A stretch of 17,080 nt of DNA from the IMG/VR virus record IMGVR_UViG_3300006201_000132; one strand, 5' to 3'. Under the pieces are notes generated by a model. The model worked only from the letters and a program-made list of their open reading frames with translations, had not been told where the DNA came from and searched no databases. Positions within the stretch are counted from its first letter, which is position 1; each line of letters opens with the position of its first letter. This document shows, in pieces, positions 1 to 6,662 of this stretch. A program made the translations under genes and the position numbers. This DNA comes from a virus.

Positions 1-213
1 ATATATAACTGTACCTCCCACTGACTCGCTTTCCCCCAAAGTGCAACTCTGCACCGTACCGCACACCCAACGTGCCGCCCTAAACTGCAACTAACTTTAC
101 TCACCATTGCACTATAATTCACCGCCTCACAACATTGTGTAGACTTTATGAACCCACGGCCTCCCACTTCCGCAGTGGGCGTGGTGGTGTATACTATGTG
201 ACGTCAGGAAGAA
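1..213. repeat. Left inverted terminal repeat (ITR-L), 213 bp
   Basis: Read directly: the reverse complement of 16868-17080 is identical to 1-213. Identity stops at 214 (c) versus the complement of 16867 (a). The repeat starts with ATATATA. Internal elements: 9-bp direct repeat CCTCCCACT at 14-22 and 160-168; TGCAACT at 42-48 and 86-92; small palindrome GTGCAACTCTGCAC at 41-54; imperfect hairpin at 154-184 (CCACG/CGTGG plus CCCACT/AGTGGG). Confidence 0.97.
190..206 (+). promoter_or_regulatory. Candidate inward-facing early promoter/operator inside ITR-L
   Basis: A -10-like TATACT lies at 190-195, 33 nt upstream of the ATG at 228. It is followed immediately by the perfect 8-bp palindrome TGACGTCA (199-206). 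A second -10-like TATAAT lies at 113-118. No convincing -35 was seen for either. The call is pattern-based only. Confidence 0.3.
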
Positions 214-227
214 CGGAAGGAGAAAAG

Positions 228-485
228 ATGACCACAGGAGGAATAAACATTTATGGGTGTATTTACGAAAGTGGCAGTCTTAAAGCTGTAGAGAAGTGGA
301 TAGTATACCAATGCGATACTTTCTATATTGCAGCGAAGAAATTGCATGACATGGGAACTATTGGCGACGATATTTTGGTTCTCCGAAGTGGTAATTATTG
401 TGCTCGTCGCGACAACTCGAAAGACCTATGGCGGCTTTATTGCAACAATGAATATGTAACCATCCTCGATAACATCATCTACTAA
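228..485 (+). CDS. Hypothetical small protein (85 aa), first left-arm gene
   Basis: The ATG at 228 is preceded by GGAAGGAG with good spacing. The track ORF 135-485 starts at a TTG inside the ITR with no RBS, so the internal ATG is preferred. The region is AT-rich: about 37% G+C in the one hand-counted line 241-300. No family was recognised. Confidence 0.6.
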   Translation: MTTGGINIYGCIYESGSLKAVEKWIVYQCDTFYIAAKKLHDMGTIGDDILVLRSGNYCARRDNSKDLWRLYCNNEYVTILDNIIY

Positions 486-497
486 GGAGCACCCACC

Positions 498-692
498 ATG
501 ACCACCCTAGCCCAACTTCTCGCCCCCTTCAATGATACGACCAAGGTAGTTATCTGCACAAGCGAATATATCTCCCTCACCGACGGCGCAGAATACGCCG
601 TATATTGGAAGCAAAGCAATTCCCGAGTCCACCACTGCTATTTCAATTGCGCGGGAGAACTCGTTATCATTCTTGCGAAAGGAGACCGCTAA
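498..692 (+). CDS. Hypothetical small protein (64 aa), paralog family member 1
   Basis: AAGGAG lies 8 nt upstream of the ATG. The N-terminus MTTLAQLLAPFNDTTKVVIC matches the next gene's MITVSQLLEPFDDSLPVIVI. The stop overlaps the next start (TAATG at 690-694). Confidence 0.65.
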   Translation: MTTLAQLLAPFNDTTKVVICTSEYISLTDGAEYAVYWKQSNSRVHHCYFNCAGELVIILAKGDR

Positions 693-880
693 TGATTACA
701 GTAAGCCAATTGCTCGAACCCTTCGATGACTCCCTGCCCGTCATCGTCATATCCAAAGACCTAATCTCAGTCAACGAACATAAAACCATCGCCTGTCAAT
801 GGCGTAATTCCAATATTCCAGTTGACCGTGCTGGAATCTCGCCCAGCCGAACGCTTTGCATAGTTGTTGATGAGGATTGA
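692..880 (+). CDS. Hypothetical small protein (62 aa), paralog family member 2
   Basis: The internal ATG at 692 of track ORF 605-880 is preceded by AAAGGAG and is translationally coupled to the previous stop. It shares with 498-692 the N-terminal pattern M-x-T-x-x-Q-L-L-x-P-F-x-D and a W-x-x-S-N-x-x-V motif. Confidence 0.65.
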   Translation: MITVSQLLEPFDDSLPVIVISKDLISVNEHKTIACQWRNSNIPVDRAGISPSRTLCIVVDED

Positions 881-884
881 CACA

Positions 885-1046
885 ATGACCATAATTCATC
901 GCCTCCGCTTCACCCTCCACCTCTTACGCCACCGCACCGACCCTAACCACCTCGCCATTATGGCACTCGTCCACACAAATACCCGCCAGCTTATTCATGA
1001 AGTTTGGAGAAAGGAGCCGCACAATGAAACTCAAGAAACTACTTAA
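885..1046 (+). CDS. Hypothetical small His/Arg-rich protein (53 aa), possibly a diverged paralog
   Basis: The ATG at 885 has GAGGA 8 nt upstream. It is in frame with track ORF 864-1046 and begins 5 nt after the previous stop. The start MTIIHRLRF aligns loosely with the MT-x-L-x-x-L start of its neighbours. The composition is unusual, so the coding status is less certain. Confidence 0.4.
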   Translation: MTIIHRLRFTLHLLRHRTDPNHLAIMALVHTNTRQLIHEVWRKEPHNETQETT

Positions 1047-1146
1047 GATCATTAACCAACCTCAGCGCCTCGCCATCTTACACGCAACCCGAGACAATGC
1101 CGAATATGTTTGCTTTAGCTTGCTTGAAGATTTATCTAAAATCTAG
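1024..1146 (+). CDS. Hypothetical mini-protein (40 aa), short paralog
   Basis: This ORF is below the track cut-off and was found by hand. ATG 1024 is preceded by AAAGGAG 7 nt upstream. It translates to MKLKKLLKIINQPQRLAILHATRDNAEYVCFSLLEDLSKI, with a TAG stop at 1144-1146. The N-terminal pattern (L-K-K-L-L ... L-A-I-L) resembles the 498 and 692 proteins. Confidence 0.45.
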   Translation: MKLKKLLKIINQPQRLAILHATRDNAEYVCFSLLEDLSKI

Positions 1147-1191
1147 CAATTAGATTTACCTAATTGTTTTAAGATTTATCTAAAATCCAGC
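1127..1191. repeat. AT-rich iteron cluster at the convergence point
   Basis: AAGATTTATCTAAAATC is repeated perfectly at 1127-1143 and 1171-1187. The match extends to 21 nt with one mismatch. A third, degenerate core AGATTTACCTAA lies at 1152-1163. Core spacing is 24 and 20 bp. A 7-bp inverted repeat, CAATTAG (1147-1153) and CTAATTG (1160-1166), flanks the middle copy. Confidence 0.85.
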
Positions 1192-1200
1192 GAATAGAAA

Positions 1201-1222
1201 AGACCCGCCTAACAGCGGGTCT
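1201..1222. terminator. Bidirectional rho-independent terminator between the convergent left arm and the long minus-strand operon
   Basis: The stem is AGACCCGC/GCGGGTCT (8 bp, loop CTAACA). An A-run lies upstream on + (GAATAGAAAA), which is a T-run on the minus strand. TTTCCTATT follows on +. The hairpin lies 55 nt after the last + gene and 33 nt after the endolysin stop. Confidence 0.8.
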
Positions 1223-1254
1223 TTCCTATTCGTCATCGTCAAACCATTATACCG

Positions 1255-2154
1255 CTAGGCGGGCTTCATGTAAACCGTCCCCTTCTGAGTCCCCACAGCC
1301 ACATAGCACCGTTTTCCGGAATTCCCAATGTAAGTGCCCCACACATACCCCCCTGCCAGGGTGCGCGTGGAATCGAGATACACTGTATCCCCCTTATCCA
1401 GCGAACCCGCAATAGTTCCCTCCGTAGAGGGCTTGCGCCGAATGTTCACGCCCGAAGGCGCTACAACTTTCCACCGTCCCTTCAACGATTTGGGGAAAAC
1501 TTCGTCCACACTCGTTCCCGTAGCAGGCTTCGCAGGCTTCGGAGCCGTGTACCCGCACCACTCGGCCCACCCGTCGCGGGTCATATAGGCCTTGTTCAAA
1601 TCGAGCCGACCAGCCCAGCCCTCCAGATAACCATACTCGGTATACTGGCGAATCTCGCAGGCGTAAGCCCCCTCGTTCCACGGTTTCTTCTGGAAACCGT
1701 TCACCCTGTTATTGTTAGCGTACTGCGCCACCCACAGCCCCATACCGAATTCCTTGGCTACACTCTTGGGGATCTGAGAGAGCGACGCATACAGCATGAA
1801 CCGCCGCTCGGGTATCAACACTTTGAGTTCGCGGATGAACTCGCGCAAATAGTCCAGGTTACCATAGGCCCTGTTCTGGTATTTCTCCCAATCAATGCAC
1901 ACCATCACAGACCCAAGATCACCCTTAATCGCGTTATAGAACGCCGCCGCCTCGGCCTTCGCCCCGATACCCGAAATATAGTGGTAAGCTCCCACCAGAA
2001 GCCCGCGCCTCTTCGCTTGCTTGATCCACTTCGAATAGTAGGGGTTCTTGTATGTCTTCCCCTGCGTTGCCTTCACGATCACAAAATCAAGCTTAAGCTT
2101 ATCAAGGTCGATACCCTCGTTATGGCTTGAAATGTCAATCCCGTTAAGCGGCAT
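1255..2154 (-). CDS. Endolysin: GH25 muramidase with C-terminal SH3b-type cell-wall binding domain
   Basis: The N-terminus GIDISSHNEGIDLDKLKLDFVIVKATQGKTYKNPYY...GAYHY is the classic Glyco_hydro_25 signature. The C-terminal 75 aa or so (WKVVAPSGVNIRRKPSTEGTIAGSLDKGDTVYL...) looks like bacterial SH3. GAGGAGG lies upstream of ATG 2154. It is the last gene of the lysis cassette. Confidence 0.92.
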   Translation of the reverse strand: MPLNGIDISSHNEGIDLDKLKLDFVIVKATQGKTYKNPYYSKWIKQAKRRGLLVGAYHYISGIGAKAEAAAFYNAIKGDLGSVMVCIDWEKYQNRAYGNLDYLREFIRELKVLIPERRFMLYASLSQIPKSVAKEFGMGLWVAQYANNNRVNGFQKKPWNEGAYACEIRQYTEYGYLEGWAGRLDLNKAYMTRDGWAEWCGYTAPKPAKPATGTSVDEVFPKSLKGRWKVVAPSGVNIRRKPSTEGTIAGSLDKGDTVYLDSTRTLAGGYVWGTYIGNSGKRCYVAVGTQKGTVYMKPA

Positions 2155-2539
2155 GTTTACCTACCTCCTCGTCATCGTCGGCCAGCCCGTCGCGGGCGAA
2201 GTCAAAGAACTTCAAAAACTTGTTGGTCTTCAATCTCGGGTCAACCTCGCACACGTTTTCAACGACGCTCAGAATCTCAACGAAGATGATATAGCCACAG
2301 AGAAAATCGAGAATCGGGAAATGAAAGCCCAGGTCAACGTGCATTTGAGTAACATGACACGCGATACCCAAGGCAATCACCAGAATAAGCCCCGTCTTTT
2401 TCTTAATCCCCTCCCAGCCGTTCGATGAATTCCATTTCTTCGTAACGAAGCCCTTCACGTTGCCCGCCACCACGTCTAGCGCCATGAAGACCAGCGCGGC
2501 TGTGACCCAGGCGCATTCCACCCGTGTAAGCAATTCCAC
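2144..2539 (-). CDS. Holin (phage_holin_4_1-like, 131 aa)
   Basis: There are three hydrophobic segments and a charged C-terminus (DDDEEVGKH). The pattern D-x-x-x-G-x-x-K...KK-x-G...Y-I-x-x-E-x-L-S-x-x-E-N is typical of the toxin-secretion/phage-lysis holin family. It is the same length as phi29 gp14. It uses a GTG start at 2539 with AAGGAGGA upstream, and overlaps the endolysin start by 11 nt. Confidence 0.8.
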   Translation of the reverse strand: MELLTRVECAWVTAALVFMALDVVAGNVKGFVTKKWNSSNGWEGIKKKTGLILVIALGIACHVTQMHVDLGFHFPILDFLCGYIIFVEILSVVENVCEVDPRLKTNKFLKFFDFARDGLADDDEEVGKHAA

Positions 2540-2550
2540 TGCAATCCTCC

Positions 2551-3612
2551 TTAAACCAAGTTGAGATAACGCATGACATTATCCCATGTCGCCTTAACTT
2601 GCGGCGTGTCAAATCGAACTTGCCCCGTCATGTACATTCGTTTCATGCCCTTGAGCAATCCGCTTGACCGCTCCACCATGAGCATATCGGGCGTTTGATC
2701 GGCCCTGGTCAGCACGTAAGGCTTCGCATCGCTCGGGGTCTTCTGCGTCACGTACCACAAATTACGCTTGAAGTCGCGCCACATCCCGAGGGTAACCCCG
2801 TCGAACACCACCGAGAACTGATACCGTGCTTCGGCACTCTTGGCCTCCATGAAGGGCGATTCGTCCAAGGTAAACCGATTGCCCACCGCGTAATCGTAGT
2901 ACTCGGTTTCGGCAATCATAGACCCGAAACGAGTAGCCGTGACCCGCTCGGCGTAGGCAGTTGATTCGATCATCTCGCAGCAATGAAAGCCCTTCATTGC
3001 CGAACAGAACCGTTGCCCGATGCGCGGCGTGATTCGGAAGTACACGAAATAGGGGTTGACAATCGAAATGGCGTTGGCAAGAAACATAACCCGCACCCGA
3101 TCAGTGAAGCGGTCAACGGTGTTGTAGAACTCCAGGAAAATACGCACCTCGTTAGGTATGTAGTGAATGAACCCACGATCAATGATGAACTCATCGAACA
3201 CGATCAGATGAACGTTCGGATAAGGCACCGACTTCTTGCCTACCGTTGTAGAGAGAGCCACCAAATAGCAGAAGGTGCGCCAGGGGTGCGGGTTCTTCTC
3301 GGGGTTGCCCTGCTCGTCCACCTCGTCATAGGCGGGGCGCACCTGCGCCCTCATCCCGTGAACCCTGATTTCAAAGTCGGGGAACACGTCCGCTATATCA
3401 TCGAACAACTGTTCGCGGTCGGCGAACTCTGTTTCATAGCGGCGCATATAAATGAACTGCTGCCCCTTCGTCAGAAACCGCCGAAGCCCGCTCACCTTCA
3501 TTTCATATGTCTTCCCCACACCGCGCCCGCCAATGGCGTACATCCACATGGCATTCCTGGTCATGAGGTCGTGACACGACCAATGGATGCCGTCGTTAGC
3601 CAGCGTCGCCAT
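2551..3612 (-). CDS. DNA encapsidation (packaging) ATPase, phi29 gp16-like
   Basis: Walker A is GGRGVGKT and Walker B is HLIVFDEF. Long stretches match phi29 gp16 as I remember it: GxRGxGKxYxMK, QFIYxRRY, YIPNEV, NAxSxVNPYF. The start was moved to the second ATG (3612) because GGAGG lies 8 nt upstream and it forms a TAATG overlap with the preceding stop. The track start at 3636 has no RBS. Confidence 0.93.
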   Translation of the reverse strand: MATLANDGIHWSCHDLMTRNAMWMYAIGGRGVGKTYEMKVSGLRRFLTKGQQFIYMRRYETEFADREQLFDDIADVFPDFEIRVHGMRAQVRPAYDEVDEQGNPEKNPHPWRTFCYLVALSTTVGKKSVPYPNVHLIVFDEFIIDRGFIHYIPNEVRIFLEFYNTVDRFTDRVRVMFLANAISIVNPYFVYFRITPRIGQRFCSAMKGFHCCEMIESTAYAERVTATRFGSMIAETEYYDYAVGNRFTLDESPFMEAKSAEARYQFSVVFDGVTLGMWRDFKRNLWYVTQKTPSDAKPYVLTRADQTPDMLMVERSSGLLKGMKRMYMTGQVRFDTPQVKATWDNVMRYLNLV

Positions 3613-4880
3613 TAGAGATACCTCCGTAGTTGCCATTCGCGCTGTGTCTTGCAGTACTCGGTGGCACTGAGTTTGTTCCAGTGCGGCCCGGGGGCTGAAC
3701 CGTGCCCCATCAGCTTATCGCCGCCCATGTACATTTCGACGTGCTGGACTCCGTTGGTATGCGTTACCTGCAAAAGGTCGGCGGGCTGGGCCTTGTCCAC
3801 GGGAAAGGCAGTACCAGGCCCGCCGCTGGCAATCAACTTACCCTTACCGCGCTGAGCACCCGTGTAGGTGCCGATGTTCTTGCCCGTGACGAGCTGGTAG
3901 GCCCTCCACACTGTGGAAGAGCAGTCCCCATAGCCCGACTTGTCGGGGTGGAGCCTGTCCCCAGATTGGGAGTATTTAAATTTGTTTTCCCACGACTTGA
4001 ATAGCTCCACAATCCTGTTTTGCGCCTCGGTGCCCGTCGAAGACCCCGAGTCGGTATAGTCGTTCACCTGCGTTGTCCATCCGGGATTGCGGGCAGGAAT
4101 CCACCGCTGCGCACCAGCAGCATAGAACAGTACCCCATCGGCGTAGGGCGAACCGTCGGCCCCGTAGAGCACGAGGGTATCGCCCGTTTGGATGATATAG
4201 CGGAAATTCGCCGCCTCACTCGAAATGGTCTCCGAATCGCCGCCCGTGGTCACGTCCCCCACCTGGCCGTAATCGGGCGGTGCTGACGTGCCGTCCCACT
4301 TGTCCAGCAGCCGCTTCACTTCGTTGTACCGATTTCGGTACTTTGACAATACACGGTCGTTTAGGGCCGTGGTATGACAGGTGTTGAGGGTGGCCGTGCC
4401 CGCCGCCATGGAGCGGCAGACACGGCCGCAGGCGGCGGGGGTCTGGTGGTAGATGTTCAGCAGGTATACCAGCACTTTAGGGTTGTCCAGGCTCGCCCCG
4501 TACTGGCGTATGATGTAGTCAATTTGCTTGTCCTGCTGCTCATTGATCTGGGCTTCCTGCAAAGCGTGGTTGGCCGAAGAGGTCTTCGCCACGGCCTTCC
4601 AACTATTGCCCTCCACCTGTGTCCAATGGTAACCCTCCCACCATGACGAGTTGGCGGCGTGGGCCTCCACGTTCGCGCGGAGGCTCGCCGCTAACTTGGC
4701 GTAATCGTCGGGGGTCTCGTCCTTCATGCGGTGCAGGTGGTCGCCCGCCTCAGGCCCCCAGTACTGCCACATGCCCAAGGTGATAGCGTCTACCCAGTAA
4801 ACGCTGTTCCAGGTAAAGTCGGACTCCACCGCAGCAATGCAGTATTTGGAGTATTCGCGAACTTGGGATTTCGTGGCCAT
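3612..4880 (-). CDS. Tail-associated peptidoglycan hydrolase (phi29 gp13 position) with C-terminal NlpC/P60-like cysteine peptidase domain
   Basis: The C-terminus has YGDCSSTVWRAY (Cys nucleophile context), then HVEMYMG and GHG, which is an NlpC/P60- or CHAP-like arrangement. The N-terminal Trp-rich domain (ITLGMWQYWGPEAG...) may be lysozyme-like, but I did not recognise it confidently. The start was moved to ATG 4880 (RBS TAGGAGC). The track start at 4958 would overlap the fibre gene by 65 nt and lacks an RBS. Confidence 0.72.
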   Translation of the reverse strand: MATKSQVREYSKYCIAAVESDFTWNSVYWVDAITLGMWQYWGPEAGDHLHRMKDETPDDYAKLAASLRANVEAHAANSSWWEGYHWTQVEGNSWKAVAKTSSANHALQEAQINEQQDKQIDYIIRQYGASLDNPKVLVYLLNIYHQTPAACGRVCRSMAAGTATLNTCHTTALNDRVLSKYRNRYNEVKRLLDKWDGTSAPPDYGQVGDVTTGGDSETISSEAANFRYIIQTGDTLVLYGADGSPYADGVLFYAAGAQRWIPARNPGWTTQVNDYTDSGSSTGTEAQNRIVELFKSWENKFKYSQSGDRLHPDKSGYGDCSSTVWRAYQLVTGKNIGTYTGAQRGKGKLIASGGPGTAFPVDKAQPADLLQVTHTNGVQHVEMYMGGDKLMGHGSAPGPHWNKLSATEYCKTQREWQLRRYL

Positions 4881-4893
4881 GGTGGGTTTGCTC

Positions 4894-6654
4894 CTAACTG
4901 GGGATGAAAGAAAGCCGCGCTTGCCCAAATCCATTTTGGGCTGCTTGCATGTTACCAATTAAGTTAAAGTCATCGGCAACCAGCTTATTACCTGTTTTTG
5001 TGAACTCAACGGTTTGCGTGGCTCGTACATTATCCTGGAATAGTTGAGCCTCGAATGTGAGCGTATCGGGAACGTGCTCACCCGTTATCTCTAGCCCTGA
5101 AACCTCAACTAGGGCAGTGACGTATGCTGGGTTAACACTCTTTAACACACATAGAACTCCCGAATCCCGGTTTAGTGTAACCTCTGAAACTACGCCCTCG
5201 TTATAGCTAATTGATCCCCTTATTTCAAATGGCGCGATGGCGTTAGAACTGCCAGGCTTTCGAGACCCCGAAAGGGCAATAGGATAAGTACCGTTCAACT
5301 TCGGTTCCTCGGGGTCAGTTACGGGCGGGTTCGGTGTCATGCTGCCCCCCCCATTAGCGATAAACTCAATCACCAACGTGAGTTCCTTCGTGGAAGTGCC
5401 TCCCGTGTGCACTCCAAGGTCGCGCGTCTGGGCAGTAGGCGTGAACGAAAGCACACCGTCAACATAAGTCAGCGGGTAAGTCTGCGAACTTTCCAGCGTA
5501 GAGGACGAAACCTTTACGCTCGTGGGAACCTCAACGCCAGTACCGTTCTCGACAGTTGCAACAACGATTTTGCTTGTCGGCATATAAACGACATCCTCGC
5601 CCAATCGCGAGGAAAATTCGTATGTTGCACTCAGGTTATTCACAGTGAGTTTTTTGCCTGCGATCGAACCCGAGAACTTCGCCGTAGTGCTGCCGTCGTT
5701 ACCGCCCTCGGTCTCAAGGGAGGGAGCCGCGCCGAACGTGGCCGTAGCGGTCGGCTCAGTTGGCGGAGTAGGCGGGTTCGGATCGGTGTAGGAATAGGGA
5801 AATACAAGAGTCTGTTGCTGGTAAAACCTAGAGCTTGTCCCCGTCAAGGGGCTGTAAACGATCACTTCATCCTTATTCGATGCCGAGGAATGTTTAACCC
5901 ACACTGTAGCAGTTGTAAAACTGCTACCCACTTCAAATCCAACGGCGTTGCCAATGCCGTGTTTTTCCGCTGTGTACCCGGCGGGTAAGCTTATAACTTT
6001 TCTGGTGTCCAAACCAGCCGTTACATTCCCCCACTCAAAGCCCTGAATAAACGCAACATACATTAGTCCGTTTGCCGTAAAACACGGTACGGTTTTATTT
6101 TTAATGGTTGCGTTTCCTGCAAACGTCCACGGTGAAAGCTGGTTTTCAATCTCCCCAATAGCCGCCGTGTTGCTCATAACCCCCTGATAGGCGCTGTCAA
6201 TCTGCGTATGCAGAGCAGTAGCCGACTCCTCGTCGGTCACGCCCAGGTTGGCGAAGTAATTAACGTGCTCCTCCACCAGCGGCGTATTCTTGTCAACTTC
6301 GGTCTTGACCGCAGCCAACGCCTCTTGAGTTGCATACGTCTCGGGCACTGCATCCACTGTCGTTTTAAGGGTGTCGATTTCGTTCTGGAAATTCAAGTTG
6401 GTCGTGGCTTGGGCCGTCTGGTTCGAATCCACCTTCTCGTCCAATGCCTGAAGATTAATGTTCGTAGCATTGAGATTGGAGTTGGTCGTTGCCAGATCGG
6501 CCCGAATCCCCGCGACGCTCGCGTCGGTGTCATCCACAACGCCTTTCATGGCCCCGTCCAGGATGCGCATTGAAACATTGTACTGGTCGGTAAGGTCTGC
6601 CTTGTCCGTTCCCTCGTACAGCTCCAGCCTGTAATTTTCGGAATACTGTGTCAT
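4894..6654 (-). CDS. Tail fibre / receptor-binding protein (586 aa), modular
   Basis: The N-terminus YRLELYEGTDKADLTDQYN resembles the short N-terminal motif of many Gram-positive phage fibres. It is followed by an N/T/Q-rich coiled coil. Three beta-rich modules follow, separated by Pro-rich linkers (DPNPPTPPTEPT and TPNPPVTDPEEP). The gene sits where phi29 has gp12. Confidence 0.65.
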   Translation of the reverse strand: MTQYSENYRLELYEGTDKADLTDQYNVSMRILDGAMKGVVDDTDASVAGIRADLATTNSNLNATNINLQALDEKVDSNQTAQATTNLNFQNEIDTLKTTVDAVPETYATQEALAAVKTEVDKNTPLVEEHVNYFANLGVTDEESATALHTQIDSAYQGVMSNTAAIGEIENQLSPWTFAGNATIKNKTVPCFTANGLMYVAFIQGFEWGNVTAGLDTRKVISLPAGYTAEKHGIGNAVGFEVGSSFTTATVWVKHSSASNKDEVIVYSPLTGTSSRFYQQQTLVFPYSYTDPNPPTPPTEPTATATFGAAPSLETEGGNDGSTTAKFSGSIAGKKLTVNNLSATYEFSSRLGEDVVYMPTSKIVVATVENGTGVEVPTSVKVSSSTLESSQTYPLTYVDGVLSFTPTAQTRDLGVHTGGTSTKELTLVIEFIANGGGSMTPNPPVTDPEEPKLNGTYPIALSGSRKPGSSNAIAPFEIRGSISYNEGVVSEVTLNRDSGVLCVLKSVNPAYVTALVEVSGLEITGEHVPDTLTFEAQLFQDNVRATQTVEFTKTGNKLVADDFNLIGNMQAAQNGFGQARLSFIPS

Positions 6655-6662
6655 TTAACACT

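Noticed and set aside
196-201. Start-stop mini-ORF ATGTGA inside the ITR, just downstream of the -10-like element.
   Set aside because: It has no SD and overlaps the TGACGTCA palindrome. It is most likely coincidental.
135-227. N-terminal extension of the first left-arm ORF into the ITR (track start at 135, actually a TTG). The equivalent 41-codon ORF reads inward from ITR-R.
   Set aside because: There is no RBS and the start is non-ATG. The downstream ATG at 228 has a near-perfect GGAAGGAG. The right-end counterpart terminates within the leader of the 81-aa gene.
1127-1191. Possibility that the 17-21 bp direct repeats represent a mini CRISPR array or att site.
   Set aside because: There are only two full copies plus one degenerate core. 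The spacers are 20-24 bp and contain related sequence. There are no cas genes and no integrase. A gene-end duplication or a protein-binding iteron array explains the repeats better.
1147-1254. The second non-coding gap considered as an alternative pRNA locus.
   Set aside because: It has only about 80 nt before the terminator on the + strand. It is AT-rich with little potential for long helices, and it lies at the end of the counter-oriented arm rather than downstream of the polymerase.
4881-4958. Longer start (4958) for the tail-lysin ORF. Similar longer track starts exist at 3636 (ATPase), 13547 (RHH-like), 605 and 864 (left-arm genes).
   Set aside because: In each case an internal ATG has a good SD at proper spacing and gives tight, TAATG-type coupling with the upstream stop. 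The longer forms lack an SD and create long overlaps.
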